Of a stretch of DNA of 64,000 nucleotides, positions 15,614 to 25,091 are shown one piece after another (the first letter of the stretch is position 1; each line of letters starts with the position of its first letter). The DNA is taken from positions 151,282 through 215,281 of the forward strand of contig JAKBJL010000002.1 in assembly GCA_021836035.1 (NCBI GenBank), read 5' to 3'. The notes beneath the pieces were generated by a model. The model worked only from the letters and a program-made list of their open reading frames with translations. It made no database searches and was not told the DNA's origin. The stretch comes from a bacterium (GTDB taxonomy: Bacteria; Patescibacteriota; Microgenomatia; JAMCZE01). The position numbers were made by a program, and so were the translations under genes.

Positions 15614-16051
15614 TTATTTCCCGATTCTGGTAATTAATATTTCTCTGGTATTTTCTCCTTCGGTTGTTATTCCAATTTCCCATCTTTTTTCGGGCAAAAA
15701 ACCCTCAATTTTTTCCGGCCACTCAATCAGGACAATATTTTTCGGATCCTGCCAAAGTTCCTCAATACCAACGGCTTTAATATCGTCGACGGAAGTCAAG
15801 CGATATAAATCCACATGCCATAAATAAGCCAATTTAACACAGCGGATAACGGATAGCAGGTAGCGTCTGGTGATAACGAATGTTGGGCTGACAAGCCGGG
15901 ATTTAATTCCTAAACCTTCCGCAACCCCCTGAACAAAAGTAGTTTTACCGACGCCCAGATCACCGTAAAGAGCCACTACTCCTCCGCTTTTAATCTTTCT
16001 GGCAAATTCACTCCCCAATTTCCGGGTTTCCCTGGCCGAGCTGGTTACCAT
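15614..16051 (-). CDS. tsaE: tRNA threonylcarbamoyladenosine biosynthesis ATPase TsaE (YjeE)
   Basis: P-loop GDLGVGKTTFVQG, then SPTF and HVDLYRL motifs typical of TsaE. Confidence 0.8.
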   Translation of the reverse strand: MVTSSARETRKLGSEFARKIKSGGVVALYGDLGVGKTTFVQGVAEGLGIKSRLVSPTFVITRRYLLSVIRCVKLAYLWHVDLYRLTSVDDIKAVGIEELWQDPKNIVLIEWPEKIEGFLPEKRWEIGITTEGENTREILITRIGK

Positions 16052-16117
16052 AGAAATATTTTACTATGAAAAACCTAACTGATCCCAGGCAAGTCAAAGC
16101 AGCCCCAATCAGAACAG

Positions 16118-16486
16118 TTGGTAAGTTTTAGTTTTTGCCGCTGCCGTTTCTACCCCGACAACGCTGACCGTTACCTTCTGCCGCTTCTTTCCCTCGGGGT
16201 ATCTACTCCGACAATTGTTGCTAAATCCTCGCTGTTAGCCGCCACTTTTTCGTCCAATTTTTCTATTTCTGATCCGGTAACGGAAGATTTACCGGTGTGG
16301 GAACGGGCATTGATTTCACCGCTGTCGACATCGGTAATTACTACATTAGCGCATAAATCGGATAGAAAAACCGAAAAGATACCGGTAACCTTAGGCCTTT
16401 TACATTCCCAAATTGCCCACCAAGATTGGTATATCTATAACTTAGCAGGTGTCAACATTGCGGCAGCGATTAAGAGAAAATTTTAA
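16118..16486 (+). CDS. Doubtful ORF (122 aa, TTG start, no RBS) in an otherwise non-coding 430-nt gap
   Basis: The only long frame in the gap. Opposite strand to every neighbour and the translation is featureless. Confidence 0.15.
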   Translation: MVSFSFCRCRFYPDNADRYLLPLLSLGVSTPTIVAKSSLLAATFSSNFSISDPVTEDLPVWERALISPLSTSVITTLAHKSDRKTEKIPVTLGLLHSQIAHQDWYIYNLAGVNIAAAIKRKF

Positions 16487-17691
16487 TTTACGCGGACTAC
16501 ATTAATTACCGAAATATCGCTTAAAGAATATTTAGATTTAAAAGATAAATCATGGCCACTCTCAATATAGGGATCATTCATGATATAGTCATCGCCGTTC
16601 TTAGATTTAAAGACGATAAAATGATCAGGACCGCGGCCGATACCAATAATTACCGGATGCCCAGCTGCTAATTCTTCATCCAGTTTCCCGAAGTCGCGCC
16701 CATAATTTTCGCGACTAAAAGTTACGCCATCAATCTGCCAGGGTTTTAGAAGCATATAAGCTGTATCGGCAAAAAAGGCATCATATGCAGAAGCTACCTG
16801 CGAAGGCTTAACGTGATGACCATAATGACTAAGCACCATAGCCGAAGAGGTTACCAGACAACCGTACTCGGCAAGCGAATCGGCAGAGTGGCCGATCGGC
16901 ATCAGGCCCCACTCGGAATCCCGTTGGTTATAATAACACCCCCAATCATTACAACTGGTTTGACCTGATAAAAGGCTAAAGCCGCCGCGGCTGGTAACGA
17001 AGTTTCTAAACGCTGCCAATTGTGCCTCAGCCTGAGCTAATAATTGCTGATAGCGCGCCTCATCGCTGAGCGTATCATCAAGTAGCTTCTCTTTTTCTCT
17101 TTTTTGCTGTCCCAAGGAAAGGTTATAAGCATCAAGTTGTGCTTTTGCTTCTTCTTTCTTATCCTTCGCCTGCTGCAAATATTCCTTATTAAAATTGTAA
17201 GTTTGTCTTACTATGGTCGTATTTTTTAATATTTCCTGATCATGCTTTTGGACAATTTTAAGGTATTCGATATGAACCACGGCGCTTTCCAGATCGGTGG
17301 TAAAAAACAAAGGTGAGAGCCCTTTATTACTTGCTTCCTTATAATTGCTTACCATACGCGCTATCAAAACCTTCGAGGTTTGCGAGAGCTGGTCTTCTAA
17401 TTTCCCGATTGCTTCTGAGGTAGAAGAGATATTCTCTGTTAGTTTTAATAATTTATCCTTAGTAGTGGTAATTTGAGCTTGAGTTAACTGAATCTGGTTG
17501 TTCAGATAAGAAATACGGTTTGATAATGTTTTTTCTTGGTCTTTGGCAGCAGATATTTTTTGTGTCAGTTCGTCGATCTGTTTCTGACAGCTGTCAGCAT
17601 CGGTACAACTCTGCGCGTAAGTCTCCCCTGCAGCCGTAAAAGTAATTAACGGAAGTAAAGCTAACAAAATTAGCTTTTTAAATAACGCCAT
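16483..17691 (-). CDS. Secreted coiled-coil protein with C-terminal C39-like cysteine peptidase domain. Candidate FtsEX-controlled cell-wall hydrolase/activator (PcsB/EnvC/RipC analogue)
   Basis: Signal peptide MALFKKLILLALLPLITFTAAGETYA. About 200 aa of heptad-rich, Q/K/E/L-rich sequence. C-terminus ...WGLMPIGHSADSLAEYGCLVTSSAMVLSHYGHHV (C39-like CG..S.AMVL.YG) plus a later His (GHPVIIGIGRGPDHFIVF). Directly downstream of ftsX, with a 22-nt overlap. Confidence 0.6.
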   Translation of the reverse strand: MALFKKLILLALLPLITFTAAGETYAQSCTDADSCQKQIDELTQKISAAKDQEKTLSNRISYLNNQIQLTQAQITTTKDKLLKLTENISSTSEAIGKLEDQLSQTSKVLIARMVSNYKEASNKGLSPLFFTTDLESAVVHIEYLKIVQKHDQEILKNTTIVRQTYNFNKEYLQQAKDKKEEAKAQLDAYNLSLGQQKREKEKLLDDTLSDEARYQQLLAQAEAQLAAFRNFVTSRGGFSLLSGQTSCNDWGCYYNQRDSEWGLMPIGHSADSLAEYGCLVTSSAMVLSHYGHHVKPSQVASAYDAFFADTAYMLLKPWQIDGVTFSRENYGRDFGKLDEELAAGHPVIIGIGRGPDHFIVFKSKNGDDYIMNDPYIESGHDLSFKSKYSLSDISVINVVRVN

Positions 17692-18554
17692 ACGGAGAGG
17701 AAACTGCCGATAAATCCGATAAAAATCCCCAAGAGAATTTCGCCTAAACCCCAGATGAGAATATTGGGGGGGGTAATCGCAAAGGGAACGGCGAAATCGG
17801 TCAGTGCCGGAATTGTTCCCAGGGGATTAATCTGTTTAACGATGACAAAATAATAAGAAGCGCCCCAGGCAAAAAGTCCGGCAATTATTCCGTAAAACAT
17901 ACCCTCAAATATAAACGGCCAGCGTATTTGCCAAACGGAAGCCCCGACCAGGCGCATCACCCCGATCTCCTCTTTACGTAAGGCAATTTTTAAAGCAAAA
18001 ACAATGAGAAGCACCAGAATCGTTTCCAATAATAAAACGCTGACTAAAATTGTTCCCGAAAAACGGAGTGAGCGGACCCAATTGACCAAACCCTGGGTTT
18101 CTTCCTGTTGGAAAGCAACATCCTCAACAATCGGGGCGGCTTTCATAATTTTTACTACTTCCGGCAGATCCGCGGCATTGACCGCCGATACCTCCAGACT
18201 CGCCGGGAGAATCGTGGCGGTTACGAGTTCCACCAACAAGGGATCTTTTTGATTTTGTTCCTTATAGCGCTGCAGTGCTTCGTCTTTAGAAAGATAACGA
18301 GTGCTTTTTACTTTAACTGCCGCCTCAATTTCCTTTGTCAGAGAACTCACCTCCTCAGGTTTTGCCTCGTCCTTAAAGAAAGCAATTGCCTGGGGTCTCC
18401 CTTCTAAAGTCGTCAGCATTCTCTGGGCCGAGAGGGCGGAGAGAAAATAGACCGTACTGACAAAAAAAGCAATCGCCATCATGAGAATTGCCGCAAGACT
18501 TTGGTAGGGAGAACGGCGTAATCTTTGGGCAGTACTTTTTAAAGTTTGGTTCAT
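17670..18554 (-). CDS. ftsX: Cell division permease-like protein FtsX
   Basis: Four TM segments with a large first periplasmic loop. 4-nt overlap with ftsE. FtsX topology and its position after ftsE. Confidence 0.8.
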   Translation of the reverse strand: MNQTLKSTAQRLRRSPYQSLAAILMMAIAFFVSTVYFLSALSAQRMLTTLEGRPQAIAFFKDEAKPEEVSSLTKEIEAAVKVKSTRYLSKDEALQRYKEQNQKDPLLVELVTATILPASLEVSAVNAADLPEVVKIMKAAPIVEDVAFQQEETQGLVNWVRSLRFSGTILVSVLLLETILVLLIVFALKIALRKEEIGVMRLVGASVWQIRWPFIFEGMFYGIIAGLFAWGASYYFVIVKQINPLGTIPALTDFAVPFAITPPNILIWGLGEILLGIFIGFIGSFLSVWRYLKS

Positions 18555-19228
18555 CGGTACTTAGCTCCTTTCTTATCGCTGACAATCCTACCGTTTTCCA
18601 AGCGTAAAACCCGTTTTTCTAAGGAATCGACAATATCGGCATTGTGGGTTACCATAATTATGGTAATTCCCGCCTTGTTAGCTTTTTCCAGTATTTTTAT
18701 TATAGCCCAGGAATTTGCCGGATCAACATTTCCCGTCGGCTCGTCGGCCAGAATATACCGCGGATTGCCGACCAGTGCCCGGGCGAGGGCTACCCTCTGC
18801 AGTTCCCCGCCCGCCAGCTGAGCGGGAAACATCCCCAAATGTTCCCCCATTCCGACCAATTCCAAAGCCTCGCGGACATCATCTTTAATCTTTTTCTCCT
18901 TTTCTCCCAAAATCTCCAGGGACAAAGCGACGTTTTCGTAAACGTTGCGGTCCCAAAGCAACTTCAGATCCTGGAAGACAAACCCGATGTCCCGCCGCAG
19001 GCGGACAATATCCCCCGCCTTCATTTTAACCAGTTTCCAATCGCCGACGGTAATCTCCCCCGAACTTGGCAAAAAATCCCGCAGTATCAGTCTTAAAAAG
19101 GTAGTTTTCCCCGCCCCGGAAGGACCAACTAAAAAAACAAATTCGCCGTCGGCACATTCAAAATTGATATCTGCTAAAGCCGCGGTACCGTCGGGAAATT
19201 TTTTAGACACGTCGGCAAATTTGATCAT
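18551..19228 (-). CDS. ftsE: Cell division ATP-binding protein FtsE
   Basis: Walker A GPSGAGKTT, ABC signature LAGGELQRVALARAL, Walker B ILADEPTGNVD. Confidence 0.85.
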   Translation of the reverse strand: MIKFADVSKKFPDGTAALADINFECADGEFVFLVGPSGAGKTTFLRLILRDFLPSSGEITVGDWKLVKMKAGDIVRLRRDIGFVFQDLKLLWDRNVYENVALSLEILGEKEKKIKDDVREALELVGMGEHLGMFPAQLAGGELQRVALARALVGNPRYILADEPTGNVDPANSWAIIKILEKANKAGITIIMVTHNADIVDSLEKRVLRLENGRIVSDKKGAKYR

Positions 19229-19257
19229 TTAAGGTAAGAACGGGCAGCCGGGGAGAA

Positions 19258-19719
19258 TCAATTAACTATTTTGATCCGGCCAATATCCATCAGCCAACCG
19301 GCTTTCTGGCCCTGGAAAGTCTGTCCCCAGACCTGGACTTTTTTCCCAACAAATTTATCGAGGTCAACGACAGAGCTGGTTAAATAAGCATTCTGGGAAA
19401 CATCCCCGCGGACGAGCACATAGCTTCCCTCTTTGGTGATCTTCCCGTCATTAACTTCTAAAGTCCCGGTGGCCGTATCGGGAAATTTGGCGGCATCGAC
19501 GACACCCTCTTCTGTGGGAGAATTAACTACTTTCACCCTTTCCCCGCCGATCCTCACAGTTCCGGATGTCCGCACTTGATAAATGCCGTAACCGGTGGCG
19601 GCTCCGGCGATAATCGCGACAAAAATTACGGCCAGGGCAATCAGTTTACTTCGGTCAGTACCGTTAGATGTCGGGACCATTGGCTGTATCAAAGGCTTCT
19701 CCGTTGGATTATCGACCAT
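19258..19719 (-). CDS. Hypothetical membrane-anchored protein (153 aa)
   Basis: TM LIALAVIFVAIIAGAATGYGIY followed by a soluble domain. Confidence 0.45.
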   Translation of the reverse strand: MVDNPTEKPLIQPMVPTSNGTDRSKLIALAVIFVAIIAGAATGYGIYQVRTSGTVRIGGERVKVVNSPTEEGVVDAAKFPDTATGTLEVNDGKITKEGSYVLVRGDVSQNAYLTSSVVDLDKFVGKKVQVWGQTFQGQKAGWLMDIGRIKIVN

Positions 19720-19811
19720 ACTTTATACAGTAAACCATAGCATATTTGTAAAGAGATTTCTAGCCTTGGGGTTTTTGGGCAACGGCAGGCGGTAGCCTTC
19801 TAAGCCAAAAT

Positions 19812-20816
19812 TTAGCTTTTGGCAAAATAGTGCAATTCCGCCTCAATAAATTTATCCAGTCCTCCGTTAAGAATCGCTTCGGTATCGCTCTCCTCATGTT
19901 GGGTCCGCAGGTCTTTGACCAGATGGTAAGGGTGCAGGACGTAGCTTCTGATTTGGTTTCCCCAGCCCGGGGTAAGATGCTTTCCCCGCAAACGCATTTC
20001 TTCTTCATGCAATTTTTCTTCCCCGATAGCTAAAAGTTTCGCCCGCAGGACTTTTAAAGCCAGTTCCCGGTTCCGGCTCTGATCCCTCTCCTTTTGAGAA
20101 GTAACCACAATTCCCGTAGGTTTATGGGTCAGACGCACTGCCGAGCTGACCTTATTGACATTCTGACCGCCGTGGCCGCCGGAGCGGAAGAAATCCCAAA
20201 CGACATCCTCATCTTTAATTTCGATTTCGGCCGGACCGTTACCCGCTTCTTCCGTCAGGGGCAAAACCTCCATTAAAGCAAAGGAGGTTTGCCGCAGATG
20301 GTCGGCGTTAAACGGTGACAGGCGAACCAGGCGGTGTACCCCGGCTTCATATTTTAAGAGACCATAGGCATAATCGCCTAAAACCTCAAAGGTAACGGTT
20401 TTAATCCCGGCTTCGGTACCGGGTTCGTAATCAATTTCTTCCGTTTGCCAACCTTTGCTAGCCGCATACTTCCCGTACATCCGGTAAAGCATTCCCGTCC
20501 AATCCATCGCTTCCACTCCGCCCTGGCCGGCATGAAGGGAAATAATTGCCGGCAAATGATCGTATGGACCGGAAAGATAAAGCTGCGCTTCCAATTCCTC
20601 TACTAATTCCCCGGCGGGATTTTCCGTTAACCGTTCCAATTTTGTTATTAATTCCTCTAAGGCTGCCAGCTTCTTTGTTTTCGCTGTCGCCTCCGCCCGG
20701 TTAGTCCAAAAATCAGGTCTGGACATTTCCGCTTCCAATTCCCGGGCTTCCCGCCTTTTCGTATCGGGATCTAATTTTTCCAGAATTTTTTTGGCTCTTG
20801 CCTCCAAATCAGCCAT
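19812..20816 (-). CDS. prfB: Peptide chain release factor 2, one uninterrupted frame
   Basis: SPF tripeptide (RLSPFNADH) and GGQ (SGGHGGQNVNK). No +1 frameshift site in the N-terminal region. Confidence 0.85.
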   Translation of the reverse strand: MADLEARAKKILEKLDPDTKRREARELEAEMSRPDFWTNRAEATAKTKKLAALEELITKLERLTENPAGELVEELEAQLYLSGPYDHLPAIISLHAGQGGVEAMDWTGMLYRMYGKYAASKGWQTEEIDYEPGTEAGIKTVTFEVLGDYAYGLLKYEAGVHRLVRLSPFNADHLRQTSFALMEVLPLTEEAGNGPAEIEIKDEDVVWDFFRSGGHGGQNVNKVSSAVRLTHKPTGIVVTSQKERDQSRNRELALKVLRAKLLAIGEEKLHEEEMRLRGKHLTPGWGNQIRSYVLHPYHLVKDLRTQHEESDTEAILNGGLDKFIEAELHYFAKS

Positions 20817-20858
20817 ACTCTTATACTTTAAACCTTAAACTTTTGAGCTTATTCTAAT

Positions 20859-21491
20859 TCAGAGCCGGGAATCTATTTCCTTGGAGAACTCATTGAGGGT
20901 CAGGCCACCGGTAAAGCGTGTCCCGTTAATAAAGAAAGTGGGAGTAGCCGAAATTCCTGCTTTATTTCCGTCCGCCTGATCAGCAAGAACCCGTTGCCTT
21001 ACGGCGTCAGAGTCCAAATCTTTATTAAACTTTTCCGTATTCAAACCCAAGTCTTTAGCGTAAGTTTTCAGGTCGTCCATAGATAACGCCGGGGATTTCT
21101 CAAAAAGTAAATTATGCATCTCCCAGAATTTTCCCTGGAGAGCGGCCGCTTCCGCGGCTTCCGCGGCGGCAAAAGCGTCCGTATGCTGCGGCAGAGGGAA
21201 ATGGCGATAAACAAAGCGAATTTTGTCTTTATATTTAGCCAATATCTGTTCTACCGTCGGTTCGGCCTCTTTACAAGCCGGGCATTCAAAATCGGAAAAC
21301 TCCACCACCGTGACTTTTGCATCCTGCGGCCCTAAGGTGTGGCTGTCAGAGCGCACAAGCACCTCAGCAGCTACCGGCTGATCCGGAGTAGCCGGCGGCT
21401 GGGAACCGCCGCCGGAAAACAGAGTCGCTCCTAAAACAATTAAAAAAGTCGCGGCAATAATGCCAATCGCCAACTTAATTTCTGAATTCAT
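20859..21491 (-). CDS. DsbA-family thiol:disulfide oxidoreductase, membrane-anchored
   Basis: CPAC active site inside a thioredoxin fold; N-terminal TM LAIGIIAATFLIVLGATLF. Start moved to the internal Met (MNSEIK) to avoid a long overlap with the ATPase gene. Confidence 0.7.
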   Translation of the reverse strand: MNSEIKLAIGIIAATFLIVLGATLFSGGGSQPPATPDQPVAAEVLVRSDSHTLGPQDAKVTVVEFSDFECPACKEAEPTVEQILAKYKDKIRFVYRHFPLPQHTDAFAAAEAAEAAALQGKFWEMHNLLFEKSPALSMDDLKTYAKDLGLNTEKFNKDLDSDAVRQRVLADQADGNKAGISATPTFFINGTRFTGGLTLNEFSKEIDSRL

Positions 21492-23937
21492 ACTGTTGAT
21501 TATACAACCTGTTTGCCGGTCGGACAAAAGGTTGTTCCGGTCTTTTCTTGCCGACCTGACCGTAATAAGCAATCTTAAAAATATCCAAAACAAAAAGATA
21601 GATAGCGGTTATAGCGACAATCAGCGCTAAAAGTCGGAAATCCAGCGCGGTAAAATGGAAAACGGCAGCAAAGGGCAGATACGGCAACAGTAAAACAAAA
21701 AGGCAAACCAATAAAGTTGCCGCGGTCAGCACCATCCCCGGCGGCAGCCCCCGGAACATGCTGCCCCTGCGGCGGACGGAAAATATCACTACCAAATTGG
21801 TTAAAGTCAGCAAAACAAACCAGGCGGTTCTTAGCGTTTCGATCGGAAGCGGGTGCAAATAAAAATAGAAGGATAAATTTAAAAGGGTCGTCACCCCGCC
21901 AAGGAGCAGGGGTAAAAGCAAAAGGTCGGCAAGACGATGCTTAGCCGGCCGGTGTAGTTCCTCGTGGTCTACATTATCACTGGCAACCGCCAGCTGCGGT
22001 AAATCGGAAAGCAATCCGGTCAAAATCAGCTGGACAGGTAAGAGCGGCAAAAAATCCGTGACCAGCGAAATAATCGCCACCGCAAAAAAATTGCCCCAAT
22101 TGGATACCATGGTATGCTTTATATACTTATCAATATTGGCAAAAATCCGGCGACCCGATTCAATCCCGTCAATGACCACTTTTAAATCCGGTTTGAGAAG
22201 CAGAATATCCGCCGCTTCCGTAGCGACTTCTGCCGCCCCGCTGACGGCAATACCGACATGAGCCGCTTTCAGAGCCGGGGCATCATTAATTCCGTCACCA
22301 AGGTAACCGACAACATAGCAGCTCTTCAGGGTTTCGATAATCTTATATTTTTGCTCGGGCATAATCCGGGCAAAAACCAATCCTTCCCGGCAAGCCCGGG
22401 TAAATTCCTCTGCGGACATTTTTTCCAAATCCGGGCCGGTAAAACAAAGGTCGTTTTTGTCCAATAAACCCACGTTCACAGCGGCATGACGGGCAACTCC
22501 CAAACTGTCGCCGGAAATAATTTTTACCTGGACAGCCAGTTTCCGGGCCAGGGAAATCGCATTTTGGGCCGTAGGTCTTAGGGGGTCATCGAGACTGAAA
22601 TAGCCCAGATATTCCAGACCGCCGTCATCAAATTGGTTTTCCAGAGTAAAGCTGTTGCTGACCTTTTTATATGCTACTACTAAATGCCGTAAGCCCTCCT
22701 GTTCTTCGCGGTCAATTTTATTTATCCAGATACTTTTCCCGTCATCGGTACATTGCCGGAATACTTCCGCCGGAGATCCCATGACAACCAAAACCCGCTG
22801 TTTGCCGTCGCCAATCAAGGCATAACGCCGCCGTAAGCGCGGATCAAAAGGCAAATAAGCTATAAGCTTCAGGTTTTTGTTCCGGGATACTAGATCCGCC
22901 GGGATTTTTCTTCTCAGAGCGGTATCAATAGTATCTCCCTGCTCCAAACAAAAATAAGAATAAGCAAATAATTTAGCCAAAGTTTTGGATACCGCTTCTT
23001 TGACCGTCAGCATATTCTGGGTAATGGTTCCCGTTTTGTCGGTGCAGAGGACCTCAATGTTCCCTAAGTCTTCTACCGCGGAAAGCCTTTTTACCACCAC
23101 ATGTTCCCGGGCCAGCTTTAACGCCCCGGCCGAAAGAGTCAGAGTCGATATCGCCGGCAAAGCCTCCGGGACTACGGAAATAGCCAGCGCCAGGGTAAAG
23201 AGAAAAACGTTCAGTATGGTAGCCACGCTTACACCCCTGATCCCCAGATGCAGACCGAAAACAAGGGTCAGGGCGATAACGGTTACCAGCATCAAAAAAT
23301 TGCTTAACTGGGCAATATTTTCTTCGTACTGACTTTTTTTCCGGAGAGCCGTACTTAACCCGGCGATTTTACCCAAGCGCGTCTGCATGCCCGTAGCCGT
23401 TACTTCCATTTCCGCATAGCCATGAAGCACCGTCGTTCCCATAAACGCCCGATCGCCTTTGGCTTTGTCTGCCGGGAAGGTCTCGCCGGTCAAGAGCGAC
23501 TCATCAATGGCTAAACCCTCACTGAACTTAATCTCCCCGTCAGCCGGAGCAATATCTCCCTCTTCTAAAATCACGCTATCTCCCGGGACGATTTCCGCTT
23601 CGGGAATTTTTACCACCCGGTTATCCCGCCGGACCGTCGCGGTCTTTTTAATTAGGTTATGCAGCTTTTCGATAAACTTTTCGCTTTTATACTCCTGATA
23701 AAAACTCAGGACGGTATTAACCAGAAGGATTACGGTGATGGTCAGGCCGTCGGCAGGTCCGGAGAGGAAGAAGGAAATAAGAGCTGCCAAAATTAAAAAA
23801 TATACCAACGGGCTTCTGATCTGCTTTCCCAAAGTCCGCCAAATGGAAAGCCGGTAGCCGGTAATAAGGTTGGCGCCATTTTGCTTTAACCGGTCGGCGG
23901 CTTCAGCCGAAGTTAATCCGGGCAGTTGCTGTACCAT
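21475..23937 (-). CDS. Cation-transporting P-type ATPase (type II/III, Mg2+/Ca2+-like)
   Basis: Phosphorylation motif CTDKTGTITQN, hinge GDGINDAPALKAAHVGIAV, TGES-like segment, about 10 TM. Confidence 0.8.
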   Translation of the reverse strand: MVQQLPGLTSAEAADRLKQNGANLITGYRLSIWRTLGKQIRSPLVYFLILAALISFFLSGPADGLTITVILLVNTVLSFYQEYKSEKFIEKLHNLIKKTATVRRDNRVVKIPEAEIVPGDSVILEEGDIAPADGEIKFSEGLAIDESLLTGETFPADKAKGDRAFMGTTVLHGYAEMEVTATGMQTRLGKIAGLSTALRKKSQYEENIAQLSNFLMLVTVIALTLVFGLHLGIRGVSVATILNVFLFTLALAISVVPEALPAISTLTLSAGALKLAREHVVVKRLSAVEDLGNIEVLCTDKTGTITQNMLTVKEAVSKTLAKLFAYSYFCLEQGDTIDTALRRKIPADLVSRNKNLKLIAYLPFDPRLRRRYALIGDGKQRVLVVMGSPAEVFRQCTDDGKSIWINKIDREEQEGLRHLVVAYKKVSNSFTLENQFDDGGLEYLGYFSLDDPLRPTAQNAISLARKLAVQVKIISGDSLGVARHAAVNVGLLDKNDLCFTGPDLEKMSAEEFTRACREGLVFARIMPEQKYKIIETLKSCYVVGYLGDGINDAPALKAAHVGIAVSGAAEVATEAADILLLKPDLKVVIDGIESGRRIFANIDKYIKHTMVSNWGNFFAVAIISLVTDFLPLLPVQLILTGLLSDLPQLAVASDNVDHEELHRPAKHRLADLLLLPLLLGGVTTLLNLSFYFYLHPLPIETLRTAWFVLLTLTNLVVIFSVRRRGSMFRGLPPGMVLTAATLLVCLFVLLLPYLPFAAVFHFTALDFRLLALIVAITAIYLFVLDIFKIAYYGQVGKKRPEQPFVRPANRLYNQQYEFRN

Positions 23938-23949
23938 GATGCGCGAAAA

Positions 23950-24588
23950 TTAAAAAAAGGCTACGGATATCGTCCCCAAAGAGGCTCCCAGAAAGACCCC
24001 GCCAAAGACATCAGAAGTCCAGTGTTCTCCCAAATAGATCCGGCTGACGGCCATGATAAAGGCCGTGAGGATGGCCAAAGCCAAAGCTGCTGTTTTTTGC
24101 TGGCGGTTGCCCAGATAGCGCCAGGCCAAAAAAACTCCGACTACCAGGAGGTATATTGTCCGGCTGACATGGCCCGAAGGGAAACTATAATCCGTCCGCA
24201 CATAAGCTGTGGGAAAAACAAAAGGCAGATTATAGCGGAAAAAAATCGATGGCGGGCCGGGATGGAAAACAAACAATTTACCGATAATTTCAAAAACGAA
24301 AATAAAACCGAAGAGAAGCAGCGCCAAGGGAAGCTTTTTTGTCCGCTGATAAAGTAACCAGGCAAAAAAAAGCAGGATCAGGCTCGTTACCTCTGAACTA
24401 CCAAGCAACGAAAAAAAGGAAAGGGGAATATCCAAAAAGCGGGGGATCAGCCGCTGGACATATTCCGTAATTATAGGATCGATCACGGTGAAATAACGCT
24501 GGATCTCGAGGAACATCAGAAGTAAAAACCCGGCAAACAGTACCCCACCCTTACCCAAAACCACCCGTTTCCCTTTTTTCCATCTCAT
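23950..24588 (-). CDS. PAP2-family membrane phosphatase (undecaprenyl-diphosphatase/BcrC-like)
   Basis: PAP2 motifs SFPSGH and SRIYLGEHWTSD. Confidence 0.7.
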   Translation of the reverse strand: MRWKKGKRVVLGKGGVLFAGFLLLMFLEIQRYFTVIDPIITEYVQRLIPRFLDIPLSFFSLLGSSEVTSLILLFFAWLLYQRTKKLPLALLLFGFIFVFEIIGKLFVFHPGPPSIFFRYNLPFVFPTAYVRTDYSFPSGHVSRTIYLLVVGVFLAWRYLGNRQQKTAALALAILTAFIMAVSRIYLGEHWTSDVFGGVFLGASLGTISVAFF

Positions 24589-24629
24589 CCCTTTTATCTT
24601 ACCAAATCTCCTCCGGAATTTCCCGGCCG

Positions 24630-24953
24630 CTAGTAAACCTTAATAACTTCACCCTGGGGAGACATTTCCACGAAATGATGAGCACGACCTTCACGGAAAT
24701 CGGCGCATTGGTTCTCGGGTCGGTCGTCAAGAGGCTGGCGCGGCAGATGCGCAATATCCAGCACCCAATCATCAGCAATTTTTCCCAGACAGGGACCGTT
24801 TTGCAAATCTTTCTTCTGCGCCACGGCCTGGTTATAGCGTAGCCTTGCTTTGGCTAAAATATCCGGCTTCTGGACTAAAAGCACCCCCCAGCCGACTAAA
24901 GCCAATAAGATTAACAAAATCCCCCCGATAAGCAAAAACGTTTTTCCGGCCAT
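24630..24953 (-). CDS. Hypothetical membrane-anchored protein (107 aa)
   Basis: N-terminal TM FLLIGGILLILLALVGWGVLLV. Confidence 0.4.
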   Translation of the reverse strand: MAGKTFLLIGGILLILLALVGWGVLLVQKPDILAKARLRYNQAVAQKKDLQNGPCLGKIADDWVLDIAHLPRQPLDDRPENQCADFREGRAHHFVEMSPQGEVIKVY

Positions 24954-25091
24954 TTACCCATTTTACCCTAAAGCGCGGGATAATTTTGAACGGGGCGGCA
25001 TTTGTTTCCCTTGCGCGGGAGGTAACAATATTTATACCTATTTTAATTACGACAGTTTGGGTTTTGCTCCGGTAAATACCCTCCGGTTTCG

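Noticed and set aside
14097-15683. ORF-track start at 15683 for the third beta-helix gene
   Set aside because: It would overlap the tsaE 3' end by 70 nt and adds a non-secretory Asn/Arg-rich extension. The GTG at 15494 (or ATG at 15545) gives a signal peptide like the paralogues.
21717-23698. Plus-strand ORFs inside the P-type ATPase gene
   Set aside because: Antisense to a full-length ATPase with all signature motifs.
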